Of a DNA stretch of 64,000 nt, positions 1 through 11,343 are shown piece after piece. Under the pieces are notes generated by a model. The model searched no databases. It had not been told where the DNA came from and saw only the letters and a list, made by a program, of their open reading frames with translations. The stretch lies in contig NW_024704747.1 of the NCBI RefSeq assembly GCF_018977255.1, positions 25,606,001-25,670,000 of the forward strand. The letters are read 5' to 3'. The stretch is from Callorhinchus milii. Lineage: Eukaryota. How positions within the stretch are numbered: position 1 is the first letter of the stretch; each line of letters opens with the position of its first letter. The translations under genes were made by a program, and so were the position numbers.

Positions 1-110
1 CTAAATTGATTGCAGCCCAAGAAAAATACCTTGTACACTTAAACAACAAATAAAAAGCACGACTTAAACACAACGTAAGCACGTAAATGATTTAATTTAA
101 AATACTTAAA

Positions 111-263
111 CACTACTGTTTGTGGGACACTGCTGTGCGCAATTGTCTATGCGTTTCACTCACAAAATATAGTAAATTCACTTTATAATAATTTCTGTGA
201 AGCTCTTTGAGATGTCTCAAAGACGCGATAAGGTGCTATATGAAATGCAAGGATTATTATTAT
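111..263 (+). mobile_element. SINE 3' fragment (young tRNA/CORE-like family)
   Basis: ctgtttgtgggacactgctgtgcgcaatt...gaagctctttgagatgtctc...aaatgcaagg(att)n, same as the 3' half of fuller copies at 47372 and 58430. Confidence 0.9.
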
Positions 264-545
264 AAGGATTATGAACAAATTATTTTCCATTGATTTAAGA
301 TTTAGCGAGAATTCTGCCCTTAAAATTAGTTATCATTATCAAGAGTTTTAAAATTTAAAAAGGACTAACATAACTCAGACTTATGGGCTTGTCAACACTT
401 CCTCCTTTTCCATGATTAAATCTTCCCTACAATTTTCTGTTAGTCAAAGCCTGTAATTTCCTGCACAGGTTGTTCAGAAAAAGGAATCCCTTCGCCATCT
501 GTCATACAACACACTCCATTACTCTGTGAACTGGATAATTAAAAA

Positions 546-621
546 TGATCATTCCTTTTGCTCACTTCTCTTTTCACTGCAGATGTGCAGTGAAAAGAGA
601 AGTGAGCAAAAGGAATGATCA
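546..621. repeat. Perfect 36-bp inverted repeat with 4-nt loop
   Basis: tgatcattccttttgctcacttctcttttcactgca (546-581), loop gatg, exact reverse complement at 586-621. Confidence 0.97.
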
Positions 622-1046
622 AACGTAAGCACGTGCAGATGTGCAGTGAAAGAAGCACAATTTCAGCCAGAAATGTCCAAGATTTATTCAAATTCAACAT
701 GTTTAAAGTAATTTTCATTGTGAAGAACAAGCCTTTATTTCTTCAATTCACTGAGCTGAATCAGTGTAATTGTTGGTACCTGAAAAACATGATTTTCTTT
801 TATTGCTGTATGGTGAGTTGAACCAATCGTGAGAAACTGCTTCAAAACTATTGAAGACCTTACAAACTGATGTCTACCATATACATACTCCCTTTGCCAT
901 TTGTGAAGTTTTGAAACACACATTGCTTTTGAAGTTTTCACCATTACAGTGCTTGAGGTCTCATTCACCACAAATCAGACAATGCTCTTAAGCAATATTT
1001 GGAAATTCATCTTATTTACAAATATTACATTTTGTTCATGATTGAT

Positions 1047-1147
1047 ATAATAATCCTAATCCTTGCTTTTGACTTAGCATATTTCATGTCGGGGTGACGT
1101 CTCAAACCACTTCACAAGATTTACTGTAAAGTGTAGTGACTGTGTAT
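1047..1147 (-). mobile_element. SINE 3' tail fragment
   Basis: Diverged reverse complement of the shared SINE tail (aatccttgc...gacgtctcaaaccacttcac...actgtaaagtgtagtgactg). Confidence 0.75.
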
Positions 1148-1902
1148 CAAACGCTAATCTCCCACTTAGCATAATTATTGCCAAAACATAAAAAGCAAAG
1201 CAATTATTCAGCATTTGATTGCAGAAAGTAGCTTTCTAGAAAAGTAGATTTCTTATCTCTGATGGATGGATGTTTTTCTCTGTGTGGAAGTACTGTACTT
1301 TAATCTGTTCTCTGTTGATAAAAGTTGCAATGGGCAATAATGATCATAATTTTTGATATGATGTTCAAAACCAACAGATAAGCTATGATAATTTTATGCA
1401 ACAAAGCGCTTCTGACATTGAGCTTTTATGCAATTGTTTTGAACTTTATGCCCACTGCCATATTGTATGCAATTGGGAAGAGTAGTCCAGTCTCAAATAT
1501 AGAGATGTTTCCAAATAAATTTGTGCCTTTTTCTAAAAGGTTCCTCATAAAATATTACTGAGAGACTACTTTCTTTGATATGTTTTGGTGATATACTGTA
1601 AATATGTATTTTTTTACTGTCTAGAGGTGGAGCACTTTTATGTACATTACACAGCATACACATTTGGAATTTAGCAGCTCAGAAATTAGTTTCAATACTC
1701 TGAAAGGACAATATTGATCAATGCTGATATTATTTCAAAGTAGGAGTTTACTTAGATGGAGAGGTAACTGTCATGTAAAAATGATTCAATGATTCAATGG
1801 TTCAGCTTATGAAATAAACACTGCGAGACATGAACGGCTTAATAAATGTAAATTGTTGTTGTTGAAATATTTATCATTTCATGAATATTTCATTTGTACT
1901 GT

Positions 1903-2170
1903 GGCAGCTTTTATGGCTTAGAGAAGAACAGATGACAAGTAATGAGAAAAGTCTGTTCTCCCTGTGGTGCTTGGGTTGTGTTGAACCAGTCCTCTGACTG
2001 GGATCTGGTTCATTTGACTGCTACAATGGTTTGGGTTGAGTATATTGGAGTGATGTGGTTGAGTTTCAGAAGATTCTGAAAGTGTCAACAGCCATGGCGC
2101 AGAAAACCGCTATACTCCCTATAAAATGAGAGGAAGAAAAATGGTGAGTTTTCAGTTTAAACTATTAAAG
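1903..2170. repeat. Diverged direct repeat, copy 1 (pairs with 3222-3508)
   Basis: Shared colinear blocks acaagtaatgagaaa, ctgttctccc, gattctgaaa, gtcaacagcca, cagaaaacc. Confidence 0.9.
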
Positions 2171-3221
2171 ATATCAAAAGGGTTTATCACTATTACCCTG
2201 ACCTAATGCCGTATCCTCAAGAAGGAAGATTGTCAGAGATCCACATTATTTCTATATTGTGGAGGCTCAGTAGCTCAAAACCAAATGCAGAACTAAGCGT
2301 TTAAACAGTTGATACGGTCTGGACTTAACTGTGCCTGAGTGAGTGTCACAGTAAAGGAAGTTCTGATCTCAGGAATCATGCAACTCTGTTTTCATATGTA
2401 ACAAAAATCATTTGGAACATAATTACTCCAGTGAAATTGATAATCGGATGTGCTGGACGTGAAGGACGTCATTATCCTTAGCAGCAAGTTGTTTTCTGTA
2501 CTCTGGGTTAGATTCCCTTTATCTACGGCAGCCTTTAAAGAGTGCGCTCACTTACCATCTTGAAATTTATGGCATTGCTGCACTTGCTCTCAGTCTGTTC
2601 TTCTTCACCAGACAGTTTCAGTAATGCTTTCAGGGCAGAGGAAGACTGAATGTATATTAAGACTCGCAGTCTGAGCACTGACATCCAATTAACCCGCTGT
2701 GTTTACAATGAGCATGAAGAAACAATCCTTATGTCTTTCTTTCAAACTGAGGCAGCTAAAACATGGTTGTACCACAAGATGTGCTGCAATTTATACAAAG
2801 CTCAGGAGTGCCACCTAATGACAGAAGGTCACTGCAATCTGAATAAACAGAGCTGCAAAATAATGTGGAGTTGTTACATTGTACTTGTTACAAATATATG
2901 GTCCCTAAACTACAATATTGATTCCAAAGGCCTTCAATAGCAAAGCCATACAGTGTCCCCGCTAGCAGTGTAATGTTTGTATCGGGATACTGATAACGGA
3001 ATGTGTTTTGTGCTTGTTGTGTTTTTTGGTGTACCAAATATATAATATTTTTTAAGTAAATACATCATTTCAAAATAAATATATATTTCTACATCAACCA
3101 AGATGGCCACTACTTCTGGATGATGGACCTTTTTGGGGTTTCGATCTGTTAAATGTGTAGCGCACAACAATAATTTAACTGCTCATTTTTTTGTAATTTT
3201 TTCTTAGATTTTAGGTCCTGC

Positions 3222-3508
3222 AGCAGTTTTTAAACTTTGTTAAAGAGAACAGTTAACAAGTAATGAGAAAGGGCTGTTCTCCCCATGGTGCATGTGTGCT
3301 GTATTGAGACAGTCTTCTAACAGGGGTCTGGTTCGTCAGACTGCGACATTTGACTGGACAGGGTTATTCGGTCGTGTCTAATGGAGCAATGTGGTTGGGT
3401 TTCACAGGATTCTGAAAACGTCAACAGCCACAGCACAGAAAACCACCACTGTGCTCCGTGTAGAAAGCGAGAAAGAAATATGATGTGTTTCAATTTAAAT
3501 AATTAAAG
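3222..3508. repeat. Diverged direct repeat, copy 2
   Basis: Same blocks at 3256-3270, 3408-3417, 3420-3430, 3436-3444. Confidence 0.9.
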
Positions 3509-4629
3509 GTAGTGAGAGACAGGTCGTCCTTACACTGAGTGACACCATGCTCTTGAGAGAAATGTCATGCCTCCCATATCAGCTTAATTTATCCCATTTC
3601 CAATATCTGAATAATCTTTGGGGATGAACTAATAATGTGGTGGCAGTATTTTGCTCTTGGAGTGGGGGAAGGTATACGACCAAATGTTAATACTATTCCA
3701 GTGTACAGCGCATGATAGATCCCATTTTAATGTGAGAGCAAAATGAGAGCGAACTCACATGACCATGCTTTTCTATTTTTTTTGATTATTCATAGGATTT
3801 TCTGGGTGGATCCCAACGCTTCCTTAAATGATGATGTTAGAAACTGCATAACTAAATAGTACTAAACTAACTAATATCTAAGTTAGGGTTGACTGGTCAA
3901 AATTCAAGGAAATTTTAATGATATCCAAATATTTAGTTCAATAAAACTAGAGGTTTTCCTTACTGTTCAAAGTGAAAAGCTTTTAATATTCTGCAGATTG
4001 TGCTTAACTTTATGAATACTTAGTAAAATAATAATTTGGAAAAAAAGTATTGGATGTCTTATGATAATTTGTTAATGGGATCCATTCGGTTCAACATACA
4101 GATAGTTTAGCAGATCTGACTGTATCGCAGAGGCAAAGCTCCATCTCCTAAGCAGTTAGAATTGATGGATCTATAAAAACTACCTTCCAGTCGCACTACA
4201 GCACCCATCAGCGACTGTTCACATGAGCACAAATTGATATTAGTTCAGCGTAAGAGGTTTGCAGATTTTGAGTTTAAAGAGCTTTGAGAGATTACTGATG
4301 ACATTATTCCACTTTTAGCTATGATCCAAATTAAAATGGGGGCACATTCTTACCATGGAATGGTCATAATGGATCAGACATAGTGAGCTCCATTCCTTTT
4401 TTATATAAAAATTTAGTTTTTATTTTCGAAATTACCTCCTCGCTATAGCCTGATCACCAGTAACGACTGCCACCATGAGAGGACTAAATAGAATCAGTTA
4501 GCTGGAGGGAGCTATTTCACCGCAGTGTGAGTCCAAGGCATTCAATTGAATATAAACAAGTGGAACAAGTGGGCAAAAGCATCCCAGCACATTGCAAGCA
4601 CAAGCATTCTGGAATATTTGTAAGAACAT

Positions 4630-4840
4630 CCTGGAATCTTGCCTTCTTCAGTCACTCCTCTTCCCCGTCCCTAGCTTCCTTCAAGATCCGTCTCAAGACC
4701 CTCCTCTTCGACCCTCCTACCCCTACCCTCCCCCCTCCTGATCTCAACCATGAGCTCGGGTGCAGATCTCTAACTGTCCAGCGCCTTGGGACGTCCTCCT
4801 GATGTGAAAGGCGTTATACAAATGTAATTTGTTGTTGTTG
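4630..4840 (+). mobile_element. L2-clade LINE 3' end
   Basis: SLASFKIRLKTLLF (L2 ORF2 C-terminus), C-rich 3'UTR, tail gatgtgaaaggcgttatacaaatgtaattt(gtt)n; matches 58200-58428. Confidence 0.85.
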
Positions 4841-5155
4841 CTCTCAGTGAGGCTGAAACCACACTATCTGGGAAGACCCTTCCAACCAGTCCATGTCACA
4901 GAGCAGTGTCACCACCATGCCTGCTGCACAAACAGGATGGCCTTCTGTCAGCATTCTGAACAATTTACTTATACCACAACGTTGCTGGTCTGATTTGTGG
5001 TTTCAAACTGAACAGTAGCAAAGAGCACTAGGATTAGGATGATGAGAAGTTTCTCTGTGTGTGACTGGAGGTTGTCACCTCTTTGCTCGTTGTACACTCA
5101 GGTGACGCCTCACAATTGTAAAGTACAATTGGGATTTCTGGAGTGAGTTACAAAC

Positions 5156-5510
5156 ATGGAGATAAAAGTATTTCACTGAAAAAGCATCTCATATCATGTA
5201 AAGGAACAATGGCACTGTAAAAATAAATGGTAACATTTGGCGATCAATAACCAATTTAAAAGTTTGACACCACATAAAAGTATGACTGCAGATATGATCC
5301 TAGTTTGCTCTCCAAGCAGATATTTGCTGACCTCATCAGAGTGGTAAAGGAGGTAGATATCAGTCTTAAAGGGCTGACCTGTTTTACTTGAAAAGCTTTG
5401 GGACACTGCTAACATTTTGTAAAATTTGTCTTTTGCTGTGAAATTATTATGCATATGGTTCAAGATATCATGAAACTTTAATATTTATCAGTTTGCAAGA
5501 ACACATCATG
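5156..5510 (+). pseudogene. KLHL-like pseudogene, inferred exon 1 (BTB domain 1)
   Basis: MEIKVFH*KSISYHVKEQW...HLAINNQF..PHKS..ILVCS..RY, then after a frameshift KEVDISLKGLT (ISLKGLT 5359-5379)...HFVKFVFCCEI..VQDIM (5458-5472)..YL; resembles BTB consensus HK.VLA.CS.YF / I.LKG+T / +F+YT / VQD+L..A.YL. 3' boundary uncertain. Confidence 0.5.
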
Positions 5511-5769
5511 GTGAAGGACAGTGTTAGATTATTTATAAATGATTGTATTACCCTGTGCAAATCCAATAAACAAATACATAAATACCTTATGGGCTTATTT
5601 ATTTATCTTGCAACTGACTGTGTGGCGCAGAGATGATGGAGCTTTTGAACGTCATTGCCACTGAATCACTTCAATGCATTTGGTTAGGAGGCTGTGCAGC
5701 AAATAGAGATGTAAGTGGTTGCTCTTCTCGAAGCTACTGTTGGGCCTTTTTCATTATCAGATTCCTTAG

Positions 5770-5783
5770 CCACAGGGGGGCAT
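5770..5783 (+). promoter_or_regulatory. CTCF-like motif
   Basis: CCACAGGGGGGCAT vs core consensus CCASYAGRGGGCRC; motif only. Confidence 0.3.
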
Positions 5784-6207
5784 ACGGTTACTTCAGAGTG
5801 TAAATTTATTGCAGCTGCGCTGCTTCTCTGAATGAAAGAAAGAGGGAATCCCAGTAGAATGTGTTTGATTACTAGTCGTGTTGTGGATCGGTTTTAAATG
5901 TATTATTTTGTGCTGTTTTTATTTATTCAACTGATTCGAAACATTGTGCGAAATTTGGAAAAGGTGTTTTAAAAATACCAGATTCTTCATTGGATTCTCT
6001 TTCATTTGTAGATTATAACTTTCTGTTAAGATTTAACACCGACTGCTGTCTGATTTCTATAACATCACAGAAATTACAGATTTTTTTATATATCCTTCTT
6101 TTGAAAACCCTTCCTTATATCAGGTGGAGCTATACGAGTATTTATACAATACTGTATGGCAAGTGCATCACTATTGTATGAGGCAGTCTGTTGTTAATAA
6201 TGTTCAG

Positions 6208-6690
6208 TACTCCAGTCAGACCACACATGGACCAATATGCACATTATTAGTCCCTCAATATAAGGGGTCCTAAGGCAGTGCGGAAGAGAACAGCAAAGCT
6301 CAACCACAGTATTAGCAGAATGAGTTAGGAGATATAATCAGATAAACCAGTTCCCTTCAGTCTTGAAAAGAAAGAGCTCAAGAGAACGTTACAGAGGTTT
6401 ATAATATGTAAACCAGGGAACAATACTTTCTCAGATAAACCAAGACAAGATGGCACATGTTCAGGGTTGTGAAGGGTAAATATAGAACAAACATTGGGAA
6501 GTATTTCTTTACACAGTGGGTAATCAACATCTGGAAATGCTTACCAGGAAGTGTAGTTGATGCTCGGACACTGGACTCATTTAAGTAACAGTTTGATGCT
6601 GTAATGGGAAGATACTAAGATTGGTATTTAGAAAGAATGAGACCAAACTGGTTGAAGGGTCTTCTTCATTCAAACCTTCATTTGAGCTTG
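6208..6690 (+). mobile_element. CR1-clade LINE 3' fragment (old), in inferred intron 1 of the pseudogene
   Basis: Remnants of CR1 ORF2 end: VRPH-like start, ttcagtcttgaaaagaaag (FSLEK), acaagatggcac (TR.H), ttctttacacagtgggtaatcaacatctggaa (FFTQ.VINIW). Confidence 0.8.
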
Positions 6691-6720
6691 TAACTAAACC
6701 TCTGTCACATTTGTTTGCAG

Positions 6721-8332
6721 ATAAGAAGATTAAGAATAAATACAAACTACACTGAGACATGGAGTCCATTTAGTTGCAAACATTTTTCAACACAAATAAT
6801 TGTAGAATTTCCCTTCATTTGGTGCTTATCTGAAGCCAGAAGGCTGAGCATAAATACATAGCAAAAAAAAGTGTTGGTTTATTTATCAACAAGTTCCCAG
6901 CATTTGTTGACACCAACACAAGTTGCCATTTCTTTGGTTGAAAAACTTGAAACTTACAAAGAGTTATTCTGTTTTCAAAAATGTCTAAATATTTTCATTT
7001 TGGAGATTTTAGTTCAAATTCCAATTCTCTAGCCATTTACCACAACCTTTTTTTTAAAAGATAGGTTTTATTGAATCGTTTACAAAAGTTGCTGGCAGAT
7101 TTCCCAGGTTTCAACAAATAAACAGTGATCAAGAGCACCCTTTGCCATTGCATTGCATAATTCAAAGAATTAATTATTAACACAAGAAAAATAGTCAATA
7201 AACTATCCAACAGCAAATTTGCTGCAATGAGATTTGTTAATAATATCACTGTGTTCTCTTCAATATCAACTCTCCTCACCCTTTTGCACTGAAGTTCCTT
7301 TGTAGCCCTTTCAAAATGCTTGTTTTCTACAACTACCAGGTCCTCAGATGTATTTTTTGCTAATATTAAGTGTGGAAAAGCTTGTTCATTGACAATTTTT
7401 AATGTGTTCCCAAAGCTCTGGAACTCTACTTTTTCTTTGAAATAGTTAAAAAGTACACGGTCAGCTGATTAATGCTTTACACAGGTATAAACACAGAAGA
7501 GCTACAACAAATCATCCTTTGCAAGTTACGTATTATTGGAATTCAGAAGATCATAAAACATTAAATATTTTATCCATAAATGAGCCAAGTCATTCGTAAA
7601 TAATTAGTTTTAAATACTCTTACTCCAAACCGCCTTTCAGTTTTGTAAAATCGGTTGTAATTCATTCCACTGATATTTAATGGAAATATGAAACAGTGAG
7701 AAATTGTGAACTTTCAGCAATGTACTGTATTTGGCTGTTAGGCATAATTGCATCTTCACATTGTATTGTTTGACAACGTTTTACTCCACTTTCTCAAGCA
7801 GGGCTCAGTAAGTTTGCAAATACATTTTGTTTACAAGTGATGTGCATTATTTCAAATCAAAATCATCAACAAACACGTTAAATTAAAGGGAATTGAATGC
7901 AACTGACATTCCCAAGTTCTTTAATGTTGTTTATTTTGGATTTTCTCATACAATAATTTCTCTAACATATCAGAGTGCTGCAGGCCTACAATTAAGATGC
8001 ACTTGAATGTAATATTTCTGGATAAAAATTTAAATCATCCTTCTTGCAGGTAATTGCACATAGCTATAGCATGAGAGGTTGAACATATAGCCTCCTAGGG
8101 CTATCAGTTGCTCAATTATCCAAACCCTCCTAAATGAGTCATTTCTAACTGGATTCACAGACATTTATGTGAAGTTAACCAACAGCATCAGTTTTTGGTT
8201 CGAGCCAACACAGTTACATAAATGTATATAAAAGGCAATGTAATAATCTTCCACAAATGAATATTTCCAGTGTAAACAACTGTGTCCAATTTCCAGCAGT
8301 CAAACAGTTAAGTGGAGTGTTTTTCAGAAAAA
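6721..8332 (+). pseudogene. KLHL-like pseudogene, inferred large exon 2 (BACK1-BTB2-BACK2-BTB3-BACK3)
   Basis: Acceptor tttgtttgcag|6721. BACK1: LQTFFNTNNC (6774-6803), IAKKSVGLFINKFPAFVDT, EKLETYKELFCFQ. BTB2/BACK2: LLNRLQKLL (7068), KSTLCHCIA*FKEL (7131-7172), ACFLQLPG (7318), FLLILSVE, PKLWNS, INTEELQQII. BTB3/BACK3: CIFTL-IV*QRFT-H (7749-7789), LFTSDV (7827), KHVKLKGIE (7871), ILDF (7933), SAAGLQ (7974), FLDKNLNHPSC (8015), ESFL-LDSQTF (8136), CVQFP (8281). Donor AA|GTAAGG at 8333. Confidence 0.65.
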
Positions 8333-9266
8333 GTAAGGGGATGTTTTTGTGAAAGCCGTAGTACTGTGTGAACTGAATTTCATGAAAGGTTTAAATATAG
8401 GTAGGGTGACAGAAGGGATGTGGTTCCTTTAAAAGCATGCGAAATTCAAAGTCTCTTTCCCTTTTATAATTTCATAATACAGGATATACAGGACGTTAGT
8501 CTCTCATTTGATCATTGTCCGCCTCATATTTCCACAAGTTTCCCTGTTGGATGGAAAAACTCCCATTAGAGCCTAGTTATTAAGATCCAGTGCCAGAAGT
8601 GCTGCGTGATTGTAACAGCTTCCTCCTTGTGCTCTAATACCCAGCTAGGGATGTTGACCTCATCTGGGTAGCGGTGACCTGGGTGACAAATTAGCTTCCT
8701 TTTCCTCCACGGCTTCACTTCCTAAAGAGCCTGCTCCAAGGTCACCTTGCTTAAATGTTTGCAGTTTTGACATCGAATCTTTGAGGCAAACCTGTGTTTG
8801 TTCTTTTCTTTTGTTCGCAAGATCCATGGTTCCCAAGGTTCAAATCAGGAAACGTAACTTTGGCCACGCATAAAAAACAATTAATAAAAAAAATTACTAC
8901 AAGTTTTACTACAACTATTAGAAAGCAAAATACATTATGTCAGAAATGTTTCTCCTCATAAAAGGGAAAATAACAAATCCCTGTACGTAGTTTCCCAAAT
9001 TGCTTATAAAAAGTTGGTTACTTATTAATAATAATAGTAATAATAACTGTCAACTTGTTAACTGTTATATACGTTTACTTCATTGATATGTATACTATTT
9101 GATATGTAGTTAGGGAGCTATCATGCTATCAGCTGAGAAAGAGAGTAGTATTGATAATTCTGCATTTTAAATATTTGAGCTGTTCAGATGGTAGAAAATA
9201 TTCATTTTTATTCCGTCTTAAAAATAGTAAAATTGATGAAAAACTGAAATAATGGCAATGTATGTA

Positions 9267-9722
9267 CATTCCACCTTGTGGAGCCCATGTGGAACCACAG
9301 TGTCTTGTTCGACTCTCAACACTCCTTCAAACCCCAATTGTGTGCTCTTACCCGCCAGCTTTCCCACACCACTATGACATGGCTGGCCTCCATCACTACC
9401 TCTCCCCCACCCTGGTCGAATTTCAGCATGTCCAGGCTTTGCTATGCTAACTATCTTGACTATGCCGCCAGTCCCCTCTCCCACACCAGGCTTTCTGGAA
9501 CTCCATCCCTGAGTTCCTCTGACTCGTTCGCTCTCTTCCTTCATTCAAGGCCCATCTCAAGACATACCTCTTTGTCCATGCTTTTGGTCATCTTTCCCTT
9601 CCCTCTCTTTCCTCCCTTGGCTTCCACCCCTAGCTCGGGTGCCCACCGTCCAATGCCATGCACTTTGAGACATCATCCCGATGTGAAAGGCGCTATATAA
9701 ATGTAAATTGTATTGTATTGTT
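9267..9722 (+). mobile_element. L2-clade LINE 3' fragment with internal deletions
   Basis: WNHSVLFDSQHSFKPQL resembles L2 RNLGVLFD..LSF..HI; tccaggctttgctatgctaac and cttgactatgc (SRLDYAN); tail gatgtgaaaggcgctatataaatgtaaattg. Explains ORFs 9218-9700. Confidence 0.85.
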
Positions 9723-10261
9723 GGGATGTTTAGGAAACGGAGTGTGTTGTGCAGTGGGTAATTCTCCCATCTCTTTATCTCTGGATTTAAATCTCTCTCA
9801 GACTGATGCAATGAAAGACTGGTGGCTGCGAGGGTTCTAACTAACATGACTGGTGTTGCCGAGAGTAGAGAAACTCTTTGTGTTCCTAGGCACATGTGAC
9901 TTGATGAACATAAAAATAATTCACCAAAAATCGTAAATTTACGAAGTCAATAGTTTAAAGTTCTGACAGGTCAAATTGTGGAAATCAAACTCTTTTGTGA
10001 TCTCTCCTCATGTTTCATGTCTTGGGAAGGAAGCAGAAACACTTTATCATATCTTCTCACATTGGGACATCAGAATTGTTGAAAAGCACCAGAAATGCAA
10101 TGTTTCGTTTGAGCTATTACAACTATGAATTTTAAAGAATTAAACCACTAGACGATAATCATATATTTTTAGACAGATGAATCCTAAAACTTATTTGGAA
10201 GATAGACTATTGTACTTGATACTTGAGGTTTTAGAGGACTAGATTCTAACATTAGCGACAA

Positions 10262-10413
10262 TAAACAATAATTCTTTCACTTTATATAGTGCCTTATCAC
10301 ATCATCAAGATGTCGCAAAGCACTTCACGAGATGTGCTGTAAAGTGATGTATGTGACTATTTGTATTTTGTGGACCAAAGTGAGAGTGCTACCAACTGAG
10401 CCAGCCTGACACA
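10262..10413 (-). mobile_element. Internally deleted Deu-type SINE (tRNA head joined directly to 3' tail)
   Basis: Head gtgtcaggctggctcagttggtagcactctc (as in the copy ending at 52003) abuts the shared tail. Confidence 0.75.
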
Positions 10414-10714
10414 CCTACTTTTGAAGGAGATATCTCAAAGTAGACTGTTTAGCGGTAAATAATTTTTTAAATAGGATTTAAAAAAATAAAGCCAGAGCAA
10501 CAACATCCTGTATTCATTTTGTTCCGTTCATGTCGTGTAATATTTTTGACTGCTTTACAAAAGGACAGGGTCAAATGAAAAAGTAAGGGAGATGGGGAAG
10601 GGGAAGGTGGCCGTGGGAATATGAGAGGAGGTAGGTTTCAAGGCTTAGCCACCGATGATGGGACGGAGAGGATGAAGAACACCCAGCAAGTGAGCCAAGC
10701 AGAGAGGGTGAGCA

Positions 10715-10775
10715 CAGGCAATAGAACAAGAGGGCATATGTTTAGAGTTGCAAAAGGCAATTTCAAGACAGACAG
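10715..10775 (+). mobile_element. Short CR1 ORF2 fragment
   Basis: NRTRGHMFRVAKGNFKTD, CR1 C-terminal TRGH motif; similar to 6443-6490. Confidence 0.6.
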
Positions 10776-11343
10776 CAAAGAAAATGGCATTCAGTGTTTT
10801 TCAAAATGCTCGATCGACAGAATTTTATAGTGTCAGCAAATTATTTGGAAGTCAATTCTGCTTTAAGATTTGTTGGAAAACTGACTTAAAATTAAGATTC
10901 AATTCAAGAATTTTAAATTTAAGAATCTTAAATTTTAAGACAAAATGATCTTATAGGCGAAGAGTAGGTAAGCCTTAGGTCTTCACACATATCATACCAC
11001 GATATTTAACATTTGAATGGGAATTCTAATGGGAATCCAGTCAATGAATCACTGACTTCTTGGAGAATTTTTCTTTTCTTTTAACATTTGAAACCTCTCA
11101 GTCTTTTAAGGAATAATTCACAAGTTCCCACAGCAACTAAAAGTGAAGCTTATTTACATTTTTATATATCTTATACAAGTGAGTTCTGGCAGACATGTGA
11201 AAATATTGAGCAATTACATTGTGCAGAGAGACTTTCAATTTATGTAACAATTTAATATTACGCGGGCAGGCACTGGTACTTATAGTTCATTTTCTAAAAC
11301 ACAATATTTTTGCATAATGTTGCCAGTATATTTTTTTTTACAG

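Larger units (their letters stand above)
9133..10454 (+). pseudogene. KLHL-like pseudogene, inferred exon 3 (Kelch repeats ~1-4), interrupted by L2 and SINE insertions
   Basis: GVA-VEKLFVFLG (9852-9891), YEVNSLKF*Q, YLLTLGHQN, SFE-YYNYEF*RIKPL (10105-10150), LEDRLLYLI (10195-10221), and after the SINE GDIS-SRLF..CG|GTAAAT (donor 10455). 5' boundary is a guess. Confidence 0.5.

Noticed and set aside
3435-3453. cactgtg next to a nonamer-like acagaaaacc (V(D)J RSS?)
   Set aside because: Wrong spacing and orientation; no V, D or J segments nearby.
7037-7720. 143-codon stop-free minus-strand frame (7468-7037) and upstream pieces that loosely resemble a BACK domain
   Set aside because: It overlaps the longer, ordered BTB/BACK series on the + strand, which also has splice sites. 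Treated as a shadow frame; it also shows that by-eye BACK matches can be spurious.
9218-9895. Longest ORFs in the track (108-140 aa), also 28542-28886 and 58052-58336
   Set aside because: They lie within C-rich L2 remnants.
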